From Saccharolobus solfataricus P2 (GTDB lineage Archaea > Thermoproteota > Thermoprotei_A > Sulfolobales > Sulfolobaceae): a stretch of DNA of 64,000 nucleotides. The stretch's first letter is position 1. Every line of letters begins with the position of its first letter. Positions 35,226 to 43,653 of the stretch are shown here, piece by piece. Where the stretch lies: the NCBI RefSeq assembly GCF_000007005.1, contig NC_002754.1; one strand, given 5' to 3'. A program made the position numbers and the translations under genes. A model generated the notes under the pieces. The model had not been told where the DNA came from, made no database searches, and saw only the letters and a list, made by a program, of their open reading frames with translations.

Positions 35226-36619
35226 TGGATCCTATGTATTATTTACCAATTTTAATACCATCAATTTTTATTTTGTTTTCATCTATATCAGTTTTATTTA
35301 TAGACAATGGTCTTGATGAAAATAGGTTTAGATTATCAGTAATACTTTCTGTAGTATTATTAGGAGTTAGCCTAGCGTTTTTAATATACTCGTGGACAGC
35401 TAGTGTTATAAACTATACTCTATTCTCTAAATCTCTACTTATAGACGTGCCGGGCTATTTCTTTTCAATAACTGTATTTAGTATAGGTATACTTGCTATT
35501 TTATTGAGTAAAGATCATATAATATCTTGGCCTACACGCTCTTCGATGCTGTCATTGATGTTGCTATCTTTACTAGGTCTATTTTATATGTCTTTTGCGA
35601 ACAATATTATCATTGTTCTCACAACTTGGGCAATATCATCAGCTGCAAGTTATGCAATAGCTATGCTTAGAAAGGATTACAAGTCAGTTGATGCTGGTAT
35701 TAAATATCTTATTATGGGGCTTTTATCGAGCTCAATAATGATAATTGGTTTTGCCTCATATCTAATTTCAACTGGTTCATTACTATTTACTACATCTGTG
35801 ATATATCCAAATCTCTTCTTTTTCTCTATATCTTTTATTTCAATAGCATTTTTATTTAAGATTGGAGCATTTCCATTTCAAGCATGGTTGCCAGATGTTT
35901 ACACGGATGCTGATAGAATATCAGTGGCTTTTATTTCAAGTGTGGGTAAGCTTATAGGTATAATTCCTTTATTTAGGGTAGTATATCTATCAGATCCTAA
36001 TATGGTAGAATTGGTTATATTCATAGTCATTTCAGTAGCTAGTATGTTGGTTGGAAATATAACCGCTTTTTCAAGGAGAGATGTTGCAGCAATACTTTCA
36101 TTTAGTTCTATAACTCAAATGGGCTATATCTTAATAGGTTTTGCAATGTTTACAGTATCTCCAGCCATAGCAGTTGTAGGCATTTTAGTACAATCCCTTG
36201 CATATGGAATAGCTCAAGTTGGTCTATTTGGTATAGTGAGTCACGTAGAGAAAGTATCTGGGACTTCTGATATTTCTGGTCTTAGAGGAATATCATCTCA
36301 AGATAAGCCACTAGCTTTTGCAATTGTTGTTCTTATATTAAGTTTACTAGGAATACCGCCAATTTTCGGGTTTTGGGGTAAGTTGTTCTTATTTGAAAGC
36401 TCATTCACATACCCTTGGCTTACTATAATAGCTGTACTTAATAGTGCAATTTCTGCCGGATACTATGTACCTATTGTTAGAGAAGTGTTTAGGGAAGGAG
36501 AATTTGAGGTTATAAAAAGTTCAGAAAGAAACATTGCAGTAGTCTCGGCAATTTTAAGTATAATACTAGGTATAGTTATTCCAATTGTATTTCAGATTTT
36601 GGTGAGTCAGATTGATTAG
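35225..36619 (+). CDS. nuoN: Complex I-like subunit N
   Basis: [32 protein letters not shown]-like, [11 protein letters not shown]; TAATG overlap, GGGGTGA SD. Confidence 0.93.
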   Translation: MDPMYYLPILIPSIFILFSSISVLFIDNGLDENRFRLSVILSVVLLGVSLAFLIYSWTASVINYTLFSKSLLIDVPGYFFSITVFSIGILAILLSKDHIISWPTRSSMLSLMLLSLLGLFYMSFANNIIIVLTTWAISSAASYAIAMLRKDYKSVDAGIKYLIMGLLSSSIMIIGFASYLISTGSLLFTTSVIYPNLFFFSISFISIAFLFKIGAFPFQAWLPDVYTDADRISVAFISSVGKLIGIIPLFRVVYLSDPNMVELVIFIVISVASMLVGNITAFSRRDVAAILSFSSITQMGYILIGFAMFTVSPAIAVVGILVQSLAYGIAQVGLFGIVSHVEKVSGTSDISGLRGISSQDKPLAFAIVVLILSLLGIPPIFGFWGKLFLFESSFTYPWLTIIAVLNSAISAGYYVPIVREVFREGEFEVIKSSERNIAVVSAILSIILGIVIPIVFQILVSQID

Positions 36620-37646
36620 AATTGCCTTAATTGGAGTAGGTAATGTGGCTTCTGCATTAGTGCAATCTATAGAACTGATTAGAAATGGCAAAGAGATTTA
36701 CGGAATATTAGATCTCCCAATAAGGCCAAATGATATAGAGATAGTAGCGGCTTTCGATATTGACAAGAGGAAAGTTAATAAGAGGCTTAGAGAGGCTATA
36801 TTCACTAAACCAAATGTAGTTGATAAGTATGTAGACGTTAAAAACGATATAATTGTAATGAGAGGTCCTACTCTCGATGGAAGAGTTGGGATTCTTTCAA
36901 ATATTATTGAAGAATCTGAAGAAGAACCTGTTGATATAGTTGACGTTTTAAAGAAAGAGAAGGTAGACGTGGTAGTAAATTTATTACCAACTGGGGCAAC
37001 AAGCGCAAGTAATTTCTATGCTAAGGCTTCCTTAGAGGCTGGTTCTGCTTTCATAAACACTACTCCTTCCCCAACTGCTAAGGAATTTAAAGATCAATTT
37101 ATGGAGAAAAGACTTCCAATCTTAGGCGATGATTTATTAAGTCAAATAGGAGGAACAATAACACATGCTGGTATTATTGAGTTTTTAAAAAGTAGAGGAG
37201 TAAAAGTTCTAAAGTCTTATCAAATAGACATTGCTGGTTCTACAGAAGCTCTCGTAGCCTTGGAAGACTGGAGAAAAGATCTCAAAAAGAGCTTAAAGTC
37301 CTCCTTCATATCTTCTTTTACGAACGACGTTGAAGTTGTAGCGGGGACATCTGATTACGTAGAGTTTCTAAAGGACAGAAGGGTTAGTTATATGGTAATT
37401 GAAGGATTATATGGAATAGGAGTTCCAATAAGAATTGACATTTCTCTGAAAACATACGATTCTTTCAATGCAGTAGCTCCTCTAATAGATCTAATAAGAA
37501 TTGCAAAGCTCTTAGGACGTCATGGTATTGGTGGTGCTGTAAAAGAGGTTTGTTATTACTACTTTAAAGACCCTCCAGAAAAGGCTAAGAGTATTATGGA
37601 TGCTAAAAGATCATTAGATTCCCTTTTAAATAAGCTTTTAGGATAA
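36612..37646 (+). CDS. myo-inositol-1-phosphate synthase family protein with degenerate active-site motifs
   Basis: [53 protein letters not shown]; TTG start coupled to nuoN. Confidence 0.85.
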   Translation: MIRIALIGVGNVASALVQSIELIRNGKEIYGILDLPIRPNDIEIVAAFDIDKRKVNKRLREAIFTKPNVVDKYVDVKNDIIVMRGPTLDGRVGILSNIIEESEEEPVDIVDVLKKEKVDVVVNLLPTGATSASNFYAKASLEAGSAFINTTPSPTAKEFKDQFMEKRLPILGDDLLSQIGGTITHAGIIEFLKSRGVKVLKSYQIDIAGSTEALVALEDWRKDLKKSLKSSFISSFTNDVEVVAGTSDYVEFLKDRRVSYMVIEGLYGIGVPIRIDISLKTYDSFNAVAPLIDLIRIAKLLGRHGIGGAVKEVCYYYFKDPPEKAKSIMDAKRSLDSLLNKLLG

Positions 37647-37706
37647 GTCTTATTCTATTTTATTAATGATAAAAGTTTAGAACGAATCTCATCCTTTAAG
37701 GGGTTT

Positions 37707-37760
37707 AGATGATGTGTGAACCCCGGACTGATAAATGATGTGCGCGTGTGAGGACTGATC
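37707..37760 (+). ncRNA. Box C/D 2'-O-methylation guide sRNA
   Basis: C ATGATGT 37709-15; D' guide GTGAACCCCGGA; D' CTGA 37728-31; C' ATGATGT 37735-41; D guide GCGCGTGTGAGGA; D CTGA 37755-58. GC-rich guides in AT-rich intergenic DNA with canonical 12-13 nt spacing. Confidence 0.92.
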
Positions 37761-38874
37761 ATAATTCAATTACCTCCGAGTTTTCAAGTATCTTCTCGTA
37801 ATCAACATTTAGCCTCTCTTCATTCTTTAATATTTCATTAAGATCCTCAGAGGTCCTAGCTTTAGTTGAGATTGCGCAATATTCTGGAAGTTTTATTGAG
37901 TGTTTGTAAGTTCCAATTTTCCTTGCGATGTCAACGATTTCTTCCTTATCAAATCCAATTAGAGGTCTAAAAATAGGATACTTTATCCCATATTCAGTTA
38001 CGTATAAATTAGCCATAGTTTGTGACGATACTTGCGAAAGTGATTCCCCGGTGGTAATCGATTTAGCATTCGTTTTTTCGCACAGCTTTTCAGCCGTTTT
38101 ATACATCACTCTCTTTAACATGACTACACGGCTTCTTCTCTCAACTTGCGATAACTTAATAAACACATCTGTACCCTTTACGATAAATATTTTTAATTTA
38201 TGTCCTCCACTCCATCTTTTAAGCATATTTAATTCTTTTAATACTAACTCCTTATGTAGGTCTCCGCCCAAATTGAAGTTTAAAATAATGGGAACTGACC
38301 CTCTTTTCATCATCATCCATGTGGCTACAGGTGAATCAATGCCACCAGAAAACAACACAACTGTCTTCCCTGCAACACCGACCGGTAAACCCTTCGGTCC
38401 TTTAATAACCTTATGATAGAAGTACGTCATCTCATTTCTAATTTCTATAAATATCTCAACTTCAGGGTTCTCTAGATCTACTCCTTTAGAATATGGATAT
38501 AAAGCTTCACCAGCTCTTCTTTCAACATCTAGGCTAGTAAAACTGTGAGATCCTATTCTTTTTGCTCTTACTGCGAAAATTTTGCCTTTAACTATCTCCG
38601 CAAAAATTTCTTTAGCTTTGTTAACTATATCTTCCAAATTATTTGATTTAATTGCTATTACTGGCGAGAAAGACGATATACCGAATACCTCGCTAAGTGC
38701 CTCTATGTTCGCGTTATTATCGTTAACTTCTAATAGGATTACTCCTTGTGATCTCCATATTTTCCCTCCTCCTATAGTATTTCTTATATTATTGATTAAT
38801 GTATACTCAAAATTCCTCCTAGACCTTGGCGATTTAAGTGCAATTTCACCTGATGGTCTTATAATTACTAACAT
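37759..38874 (-). CDS. thiI: tRNA 4-thiouridine synthase ThiI (THUMP + PP-loop, no rhodanese domain)
   Basis: GEIALKS, FAVRAKR THUMP, LFSGGIDSPVA, TGESLSQVSSQT, RPLIGFDKEEI, PEYC. Confidence 0.95.
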   Translation of the reverse strand: MLVIIRPSGEIALKSPRSRRNFEYTLINNIRNTIGGGKIWRSQGVILLEVNDNNANIEALSEVFGISSFSPVIAIKSNNLEDIVNKAKEIFAEIVKGKIFAVRAKRIGSHSFTSLDVERRAGEALYPYSKGVDLENPEVEIFIEIRNEMTYFYHKVIKGPKGLPVGVAGKTVVLFSGGIDSPVATWMMMKRGSVPIILNFNLGGDLHKELVLKELNMLKRWSGGHKLKIFIVKGTDVFIKLSQVERRSRVVMLKRVMYKTAEKLCEKTNAKSITTGESLSQVSSQTMANLYVTEYGIKYPIFRPLIGFDKEEIVDIARKIGTYKHSIKLPEYCAISTKARTSEDLNEILKNEERLNVDYEKILENSEVIEL

Positions 38875-39064
38875 GATCCCTCACTCTCATGTAGTGCATA
38901 AATAGTTGTATTGCGTGCCTACAAAATTTTTGTCCGCATTCGCACTCAGAATAAATTATTTTAAAGCCATCAATTTTTATCCTTACCTTATAGTACCCTG
39001 CTACACATCTAGCACCCACAAAGCCTTCTATGAGATTATTATTAATGGATGTTATAATTATCAT
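38846..39064 (-). CDS. Small SWIM zinc-finger protein
   Basis: YKVRI....SECECGQKFCRHA (CxCxnCxH); overlaps thiI start by 29 nt. Confidence 0.75.
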   Translation of the reverse strand: MIIITSINNNLIEGFVGARCVAGYYKVRIKIDGFKIIYSECECGQKFCRHAIQLFMHYMRVRDHVSNYKTIR

Positions 39065-39130
39065 AATATAAAAGAGAGGATATAAAGAAAAATAAGGTTA
39101 TCTTCCATGAGACAAGTTATATCTTTAGAC

Positions 39131-40561
39131 TTATCCCCAGTAAGGACTAGAGGTGGAAGTTGTTGTAGTAGAAGTTGAGGATGACGAGGTCATTGGTGTG
39201 CTAGATGAAGAAGAAATTTCTGGTGCCGTCAGTATCCATGGTACTGGTTTAAAGAATGTTAAGTTTATTACTATACCATTTCCAACTATTATCGGATCCT
39301 TAAATATATAGCCTTTTGCTCCCCATGTCCACATTGACACGTTTTGACTTGGCGTTAATATTACAGTTATAAATGGATTAGCAAGACCGGTAATTGAGTT
39401 CACTGATGAGTAACTAAATGTGACATTTCCGTTTATTGCATAGGCGAAAGCTAGTATTGGGACTTGTCCATTCGGTGCATTCCCTGCATTTGCAGGATTA
39501 TAAAACACTATTGAGAAGTTAAATACACTCAGATTTCCACTAGGTGTAACTATTTTAGTGTTTGGCTGTATTGTGACAATCATATTGCCAGCTACTGCTA
39601 CCCCTCCTTGGGTACCATTTATTTCGTAACTATACACATTTACTGGAGTCAGACCATATACGCTACTTACACTTACTTGTACTGGTTTGGGTGTTTGGGC
39701 AACTGGCGTTTCTGATGACTCGAATATCCATATAACTGGCTTGAAGAACTGTACATTAACCATTACTCCATTACCATATAACCAATGGTCCACAAACTTG
39801 TAGCTTCCACCTATGTATGCAGTTCCATTAAATGTTCCACCAAACCAAGTCCAAGAGGTCCAAGTATTTGGAGCCCATACAACTGTTATTGGTGGTTGAG
39901 CTATAACTTTTCCATTGCTCATAGTTACTAACGAAATAGCTGGCGTTATCTGGTTGTTTACAGCGAATGCAAACGCATATAATGGCGTTAGGTTAGGTGC
40001 AGTCGGTGGTGAATATATGGCTTCAAGGCTAAAGGTTACTAATGAGAAATTGTATACAGATAACATTGTACCATTCGCTAATTCCGCATAGGTATCTGGT
40101 TTTACTATAACCATTACATTGCCAACTTGTAATGTATATCCTTGACCGCTACTGGCATTTATAGTTACTGTATCTATCCCACTAACCTTCATTATTGGTT
40201 CATTGAGATTATAGTAAACCGTATCTGATAATGCATTGACTTCTGTTGAGTTCCAAATTTCCTTAGTTATTTGCCAGCTTGCAGTAGTGATATTATAAAC
40301 GAAATATGCGGTTATTGCAACATGAATATCATATATCATTGGGAAATTAGGTTGACCTTGATTTACGAATCCAAAAAATACAGTATCGTTGGCTATGACT
40401 TCGGCTGTAGCATTCGATGGAGATAGATACACTTTAACTATTGGTGGTACAGCTGTCCCATTGGGTAATAGATTTTGGACATATGTTAAGGCAAAGATAA
40501 AGTATTGATCCCAAGTGTTGAAAACGTTTGTTATACTAGAAACTCCAGTATAAGTTCCCGC
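39131..40561 (-). CDS. C-terminal part (-1 frame) of a frameshift-split surface protein: rest of NTF2-like domain, two FFKPVxW repeat domains, Ser/Thr tail
   Basis: The frame of track ORF 39131..40432 stays open upstream to 40675 and overlaps the previous ORF; reads ..FKAGTYTGVSSITNVFNTWDQYF..; many N-x-S/T sequons. Confidence 0.8.
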   Translation of the reverse strand, partial: AGTYTGVSSITNVFNTWDQYFIFALTYVQNLLPNGTAVPPIVKVYLSPSNATAEVIANDTVFFGFVNQGQPNFPMIYDIHVAITAYFVYNITTASWQITKEIWNSTEVNALSDTVYYNLNEPIMKVSGIDTVTINASSGQGYTLQVGNVMVIVKPDTYAELANGTMLSVYNFSLVTFSLEAIYSPPTAPNLTPLYAFAFAVNNQITPAISLVTMSNGKVIAQPPITVVWAPNTWTSWTWFGGTFNGTAYIGGSYKFVDHWLYGNGVMVNVQFFKPVIWIFESSETPVAQTPKPVQVSVSSVYGLTPVNVYSYEINGTQGGVAVAGNMIVTIQPNTKIVTPSGNLSVFNFSIVFYNPANAGNAPNGQVPILAFAYAINGNVTFSYSSVNSITGLANPFITVILTPSQNVSMWTWGAKGYIFKDPIIVGNGIVINLTFFKPVPWILTAPEISSSSSTPMTSSSSTSTTTTSTSSPYWG

Positions 40562-40567
40562 TTTAAA
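40531..40567 (-). other. Candidate -1 ribosomal frameshift signal: heptamer T_TTA_AAG (40567-40561), 7-nt spacer, 10-bp hairpin (40553-40531)
   Basis: X_XXY_YYZ in the upstream ORF frame; hairpin TTATACTGGA-GTT-TCTAGTATAA contains the 0-frame stop. Confidence 0.45.
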
Positions 40568-41496
40568 TACCGGAGTAATTGTCCAATTAACACTAATTGT
40601 GCATTTGGAGCAAAATTTTGTGCTATTGTACTGCCTGGAAATTCTGCTCCTAATGCGTTCATCTGTGACAAGAATTCATCAAGCACTTGATTTGCTTGTA
40701 TTAAGTGTTGAGATGGATATCCTGTAATTACAGCTGATGGAGGTACCTCGTTTCCTTTCCATATTAATTCAGTAATTTCCGGAACTCCGTGAATGTATTG
40801 TACTATTATAGTATTGCTAGCATTAAATACTTGTAAATATACTGGATCAGCGGTAGGTGCTACAAAGTATTGTACAACGTCAGTTACATTGAACGTATTT
40901 CCATTAATTTGTGTTACAGTAGGTAATGCTGTGGTGTAGAAGTATACTGTCTCATAAGTTCCGAAGAAGTTAGCTAGCCAAGTTGTATTAAATGTGGTTA
41001 AGTTATATGTTCCGGCAAATGGCTGTCCCATTATATACGCAGTAAAGTTAGATGCTAACAAAGGAACAACATCTGAGGGAGATTCTATCGCTATGCCGTC
41101 ATAGAACTGTAATACTGCAGATAGAGCTGCGCCAGGTTTATATCCCGAAACGTTTAATTTGCTTATTTGCTGTAACATCTGTTCATATAAGGTCTTATAA
41201 TAAGTATAGTTTGTTTCCGCTTGCCTGTATAAGGTGTAATTATTCTTAGCTTCTGTTAATACTGCATTATACATGCCTTCTAGTAGTTTGTATTGGGAAG
41301 CTAGTTGTGAATATGTTTGATTTAATTTAGTATAATTTCCTTGCAATGCCATGTATTGACTATCTACACTCTGATACTCATTATATGCGCTAGTGTATCT
41401 CGAGTTTGCTACTGAATATTCATAAAAACCTATAGCTGCTATTACAATTAAAACTACTGCTACTATAGAGAATGCAATAGTTTTCATGTCTGCCAT
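40531..41496 (-). CDS. N-terminal part of the split surface protein: TM anchor, coiled-coil stalk, NTF2/SnoaL-like domain
   Basis: MADMKTIAFSIVAVVLIVIAAIG TM; Y/Q-rich heptads; VLQFYDGI..VVPLLASNF..GTY; ends in out-of-character tail LLRYLKRELILEFLV. Confidence 0.8.
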   Translation of the reverse strand: MADMKTIAFSIVAVVLIVIAAIGFYEYSVANSRYTSAYNEYQSVDSQYMALQGNYTKLNQTYSQLASQYKLLEGMYNAVLTEAKNNYTLYRQAETNYTYYKTLYEQMLQQISKLNVSGYKPGAALSAVLQFYDGIAIESPSDVVPLLASNFTAYIMGQPFAGTYNLTTFNTTWLANFFGTYETVYFYTTALPTVTQINGNTFNVTDVVQYFVAPTADPVYLQVFNASNTIIVQYIHGVPEITELIWKGNEVPPSAVITGYPSQHLIQANQVLDEFLSQMNALGAEFPGSTIAQNFAPNAQLVLIGQLLRYLKRELILEFLV

Positions 41497-41590
41497 TTTG
41501 GATCGAGAAGAAAGTTGAAACTTATTTAAAAAGTTTTTACCCAAATCTAGTTACTTGCATTTAAAATAAAATTCTTAATTACGGTTAGAT

Positions 41591-42643
41591 CTAGGCTGTA
41601 ATCTTAAGATTTTTGTATACTATTGCTCCAAGTGAAATTGAGGATATTAGAGTTAATATTGCTGAGTTTATTTCTATATCTCCAATACTAACTAAAGAAG
41701 GTATTAGAAATCCACTTAATGAGGCTAGGTTCATACTAGGCCCTATTTTTGTTACTTCAACTTTCATTAATTTAATTATAATAGGCAACAATGAATTAAG
41801 ACCCAATCCCAGTACTGTAAAAGGTATGAACATCCATGCTTTAAGCGTAATAAATGATGTAAATCCCAAAATTCCGATCATCAGAGAAGTCAGTAATGAT
41901 GAAATTCTAATGTTTCCGATACTTGGTAGAATTATATACGCTATAAATGAAATAGAATACGCGATTATCGTTTCTTCTATTGCATTATTCTCTCCTAATA
42001 GGGAAGGAATTAGCTGTAATATATATGCTGGCTCAAATCCTAGTAAAAATATTAACAATGCTTTCCACGAGAACGCTATACTTATACTTCCAGAATTAGA
42101 GAATAATTTCTTATCAATATTAGATCTCTTGATTAGCAAGAAAAATACTAATGAAAAAGAGCTTGTTATAAGTACCATTTTTCCCATTAGAAATGACATG
42201 AGTGCGGATAGTATCCATCCTAATGCCCATCCACCCATTGTCATTCCCATAATTATTTTGCTCCTACTCTGAGTTGCAAGTTCTACTGCTGCTGATGTAG
42301 CCAGGCCGAATAGAATTCCAGTTGCAACTCTTAATAGAATTAGTGCAAGGGTGTCTGTTCCCATAAAGAATTCTAATATATCCAAAATAGCCATATTTCC
42401 TAATGAGAGATAAGTTATTCTCTCAATATTTATTCTTGACATCAGAAAAGGATATGTTATTGGAGTTATCGCTCTTCCTATAAATGGGGCACCTATTAAT
42501 AAAAACTCCACTAAGCCCGTATAATCTGTATATTGTAGATAAAAAATGAAATTAGTAAGGAAGTAGGAAGATAATGTAAAGCTTAATACTGGTAGTATGG
42601 TGGTTTTCCTTAGTGGTATTTTTATTCCTAACATTTCAATCAA
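41591..42643 (-). CDS. MFS transporter
   Basis: About 12 TM helices; LRVATGILFG...ATSAAVE, GWALGW motifs. Confidence 0.85.
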   Translation of the reverse strand: MIEMLGIKIPLRKTTILPVLSFTLSSYFLTNFIFYLQYTDYTGLVEFLLIGAPFIGRAITPITYPFLMSRINIERITYLSLGNMAILDILEFFMGTDTLALILLRVATGILFGLATSAAVELATQSRSKIIMGMTMGGWALGWILSALMSFLMGKMVLITSSFSLVFFLLIKRSNIDKKLFSNSGSISIAFSWKALLIFLLGFEPAYILQLIPSLLGENNAIEETIIAYSISFIAYIILPSIGNIRISSLLTSLMIGILGFTSFITLKAWMFIPFTVLGLGLNSLLPIIIKLMKVEVTKIGPSMNLASLSGFLIPSLVSIGDIEINSAILTLISSISLGAIVYKNLKITA

Positions 42644-42890
42644 GATATATACTTTTCAGTTCAAATTTAAAATTAAGTACCATGTAAGTATAGTCTACTT
42701 ATACATTTCAGTATCAGTAATTATTATAATTACAGTTTTATGTATTTTTCACATATCACTAGAGTTCGATATTGCTAAATAAAAGATTCGTACTATATTA
42801 TGGAGATTTTCACAGCAGAAAGTAATAAGCTCTGGCTTCCTTCACCTTAAAAGGTTAAGGTTTCAGTTTTAAACACATTATGAGAATGTG

Positions 42891-42978
42891 CGGACCCGGC
42901 GGGATTCGAACCCGCGACCACCGGCTTTCTTCCGAAAGTTAGGAGGCCGGCGCTCCATCCTGGCTGAGCTACGGGTCC
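42891..42978 (-). tRNA. tRNA-Arg(CCT) with 13-nt intron at 37/38 (intron 42927-42939); CCA not encoded
   Basis: GGACCCGTAGCTCAGCCAGGATGGAGCGCCGGCCT-CCT-A-[ACTTTCGGAAGAA]-AGCCGGTGGTCGCGGGTTCGAATCCCGCCGGGTCCG. Confidence 0.97.
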
Positions 42979-43002
42979 AATTATTAGATTACTATAATCC
43001 CA

Positions 43003-43644
43003 TTAAAGTTTTTCTTCAAGATTAGCAATCCAAGGTCCCTTAAGTATCTTAAACGTGCTTTCGAAAAATATCGTGTTTAAGATAGTAGAAATTTTTTGTG
43101 ATTTGAACAGAATTACGAAATCGTTACTATAAACAGCTTTATTTGAAATTATTATCTCTTTATCAGCCTTGTTAACAGTTCTTATTTCTATTCCTTTTTT
43201 CCTTAATTTACTTGTTATTTCGCCACTTTTACTTAACTGTTTATCAAGTATTATTTCACATTTTATTCTATATTTCTCACAATATTCAGAAATTAGTATC
43301 AATGTATCGGATATTATCTCACTAGATTTGTGTCTTCCTAAACCTAGATCTCTAAGGAATCCATCATCACATAGATATAACTCGTCATTATTTATCGCAG
43401 AAATTAGTGTTAAAGCTAAATTATATCCGTCCAATACAACTTCTCTTTCTTCGTTGTTTATTTTTCCTTTAATTATTTCTATTTCCTTATCGGAATGTAC
43501 GCAGCGATATAATAAGAGTCGTTCTAAGCTAGATAAGTTGTATTTAGCAGCTATTATATCAAGGACAACCTTTCTAGAATAGTCTCTATTTAAAAAATAT
43601 TTATAATCCAAATAAGCCTCCCTAAAAACATCTGTGAAATACAT
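43003..43644 (-). CDS. DUF434-type protein with PIN-like C-terminal domain
   Basis: AYLDYKYFLNRDY..KY.L...ERLLLYR; VLDGYN, CDDGFLRD, ILDKQLSKSG, SNDFVI acidic PIN-like motifs. Confidence 0.7.
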   Translation of the reverse strand: MYFTDVFREAYLDYKYFLNRDYSRKVVLDIIAAKYNLSSLERLLLYRCVHSDKEIEIIKGKINNEEREVVLDGYNLALTLISAINNDELYLCDDGFLRDLGLGRHKSSEIISDTLILISEYCEKYRIKCEIILDKQLSKSGEITSKLRKKGIEIRTVNKADKEIIISNKAVYSNDFVILFKSQKISTILNTIFFESTFKILKGPWIANLEEKL

Positions 43645-43653
43645 AATATTCTC

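Noticed and set aside
37716-37727. The window's own tRNA-Arg genes as D' guide targets
   Set aside because: They read GUCCCGGGUUCA and GUCGCGGGUUCG, with mismatches next to the methylation site.
37928-38905. Plus-strand ORFs of 162 and 107 aa
   Set aside because: Antisense to thiI; no independent features.
41896-41925. ATGATGA...CCGA as a possible antisense C/D RNA
   Set aside because: No C' or D box follows at the expected spacing.
41613-42272. 219-aa plus-strand ORF
   Set aside because: Lies wholly antisense to the MFS gene; T-rich TM codons lower the stop frequency on the opposite strand.
42845-42860. CCTTAA-aagg-TTAAGG inverted repeat after tRNA-Arg(CCT)
   Set aside because: Only 6 bp and AT-rich, so expected by chance; no supporting context.
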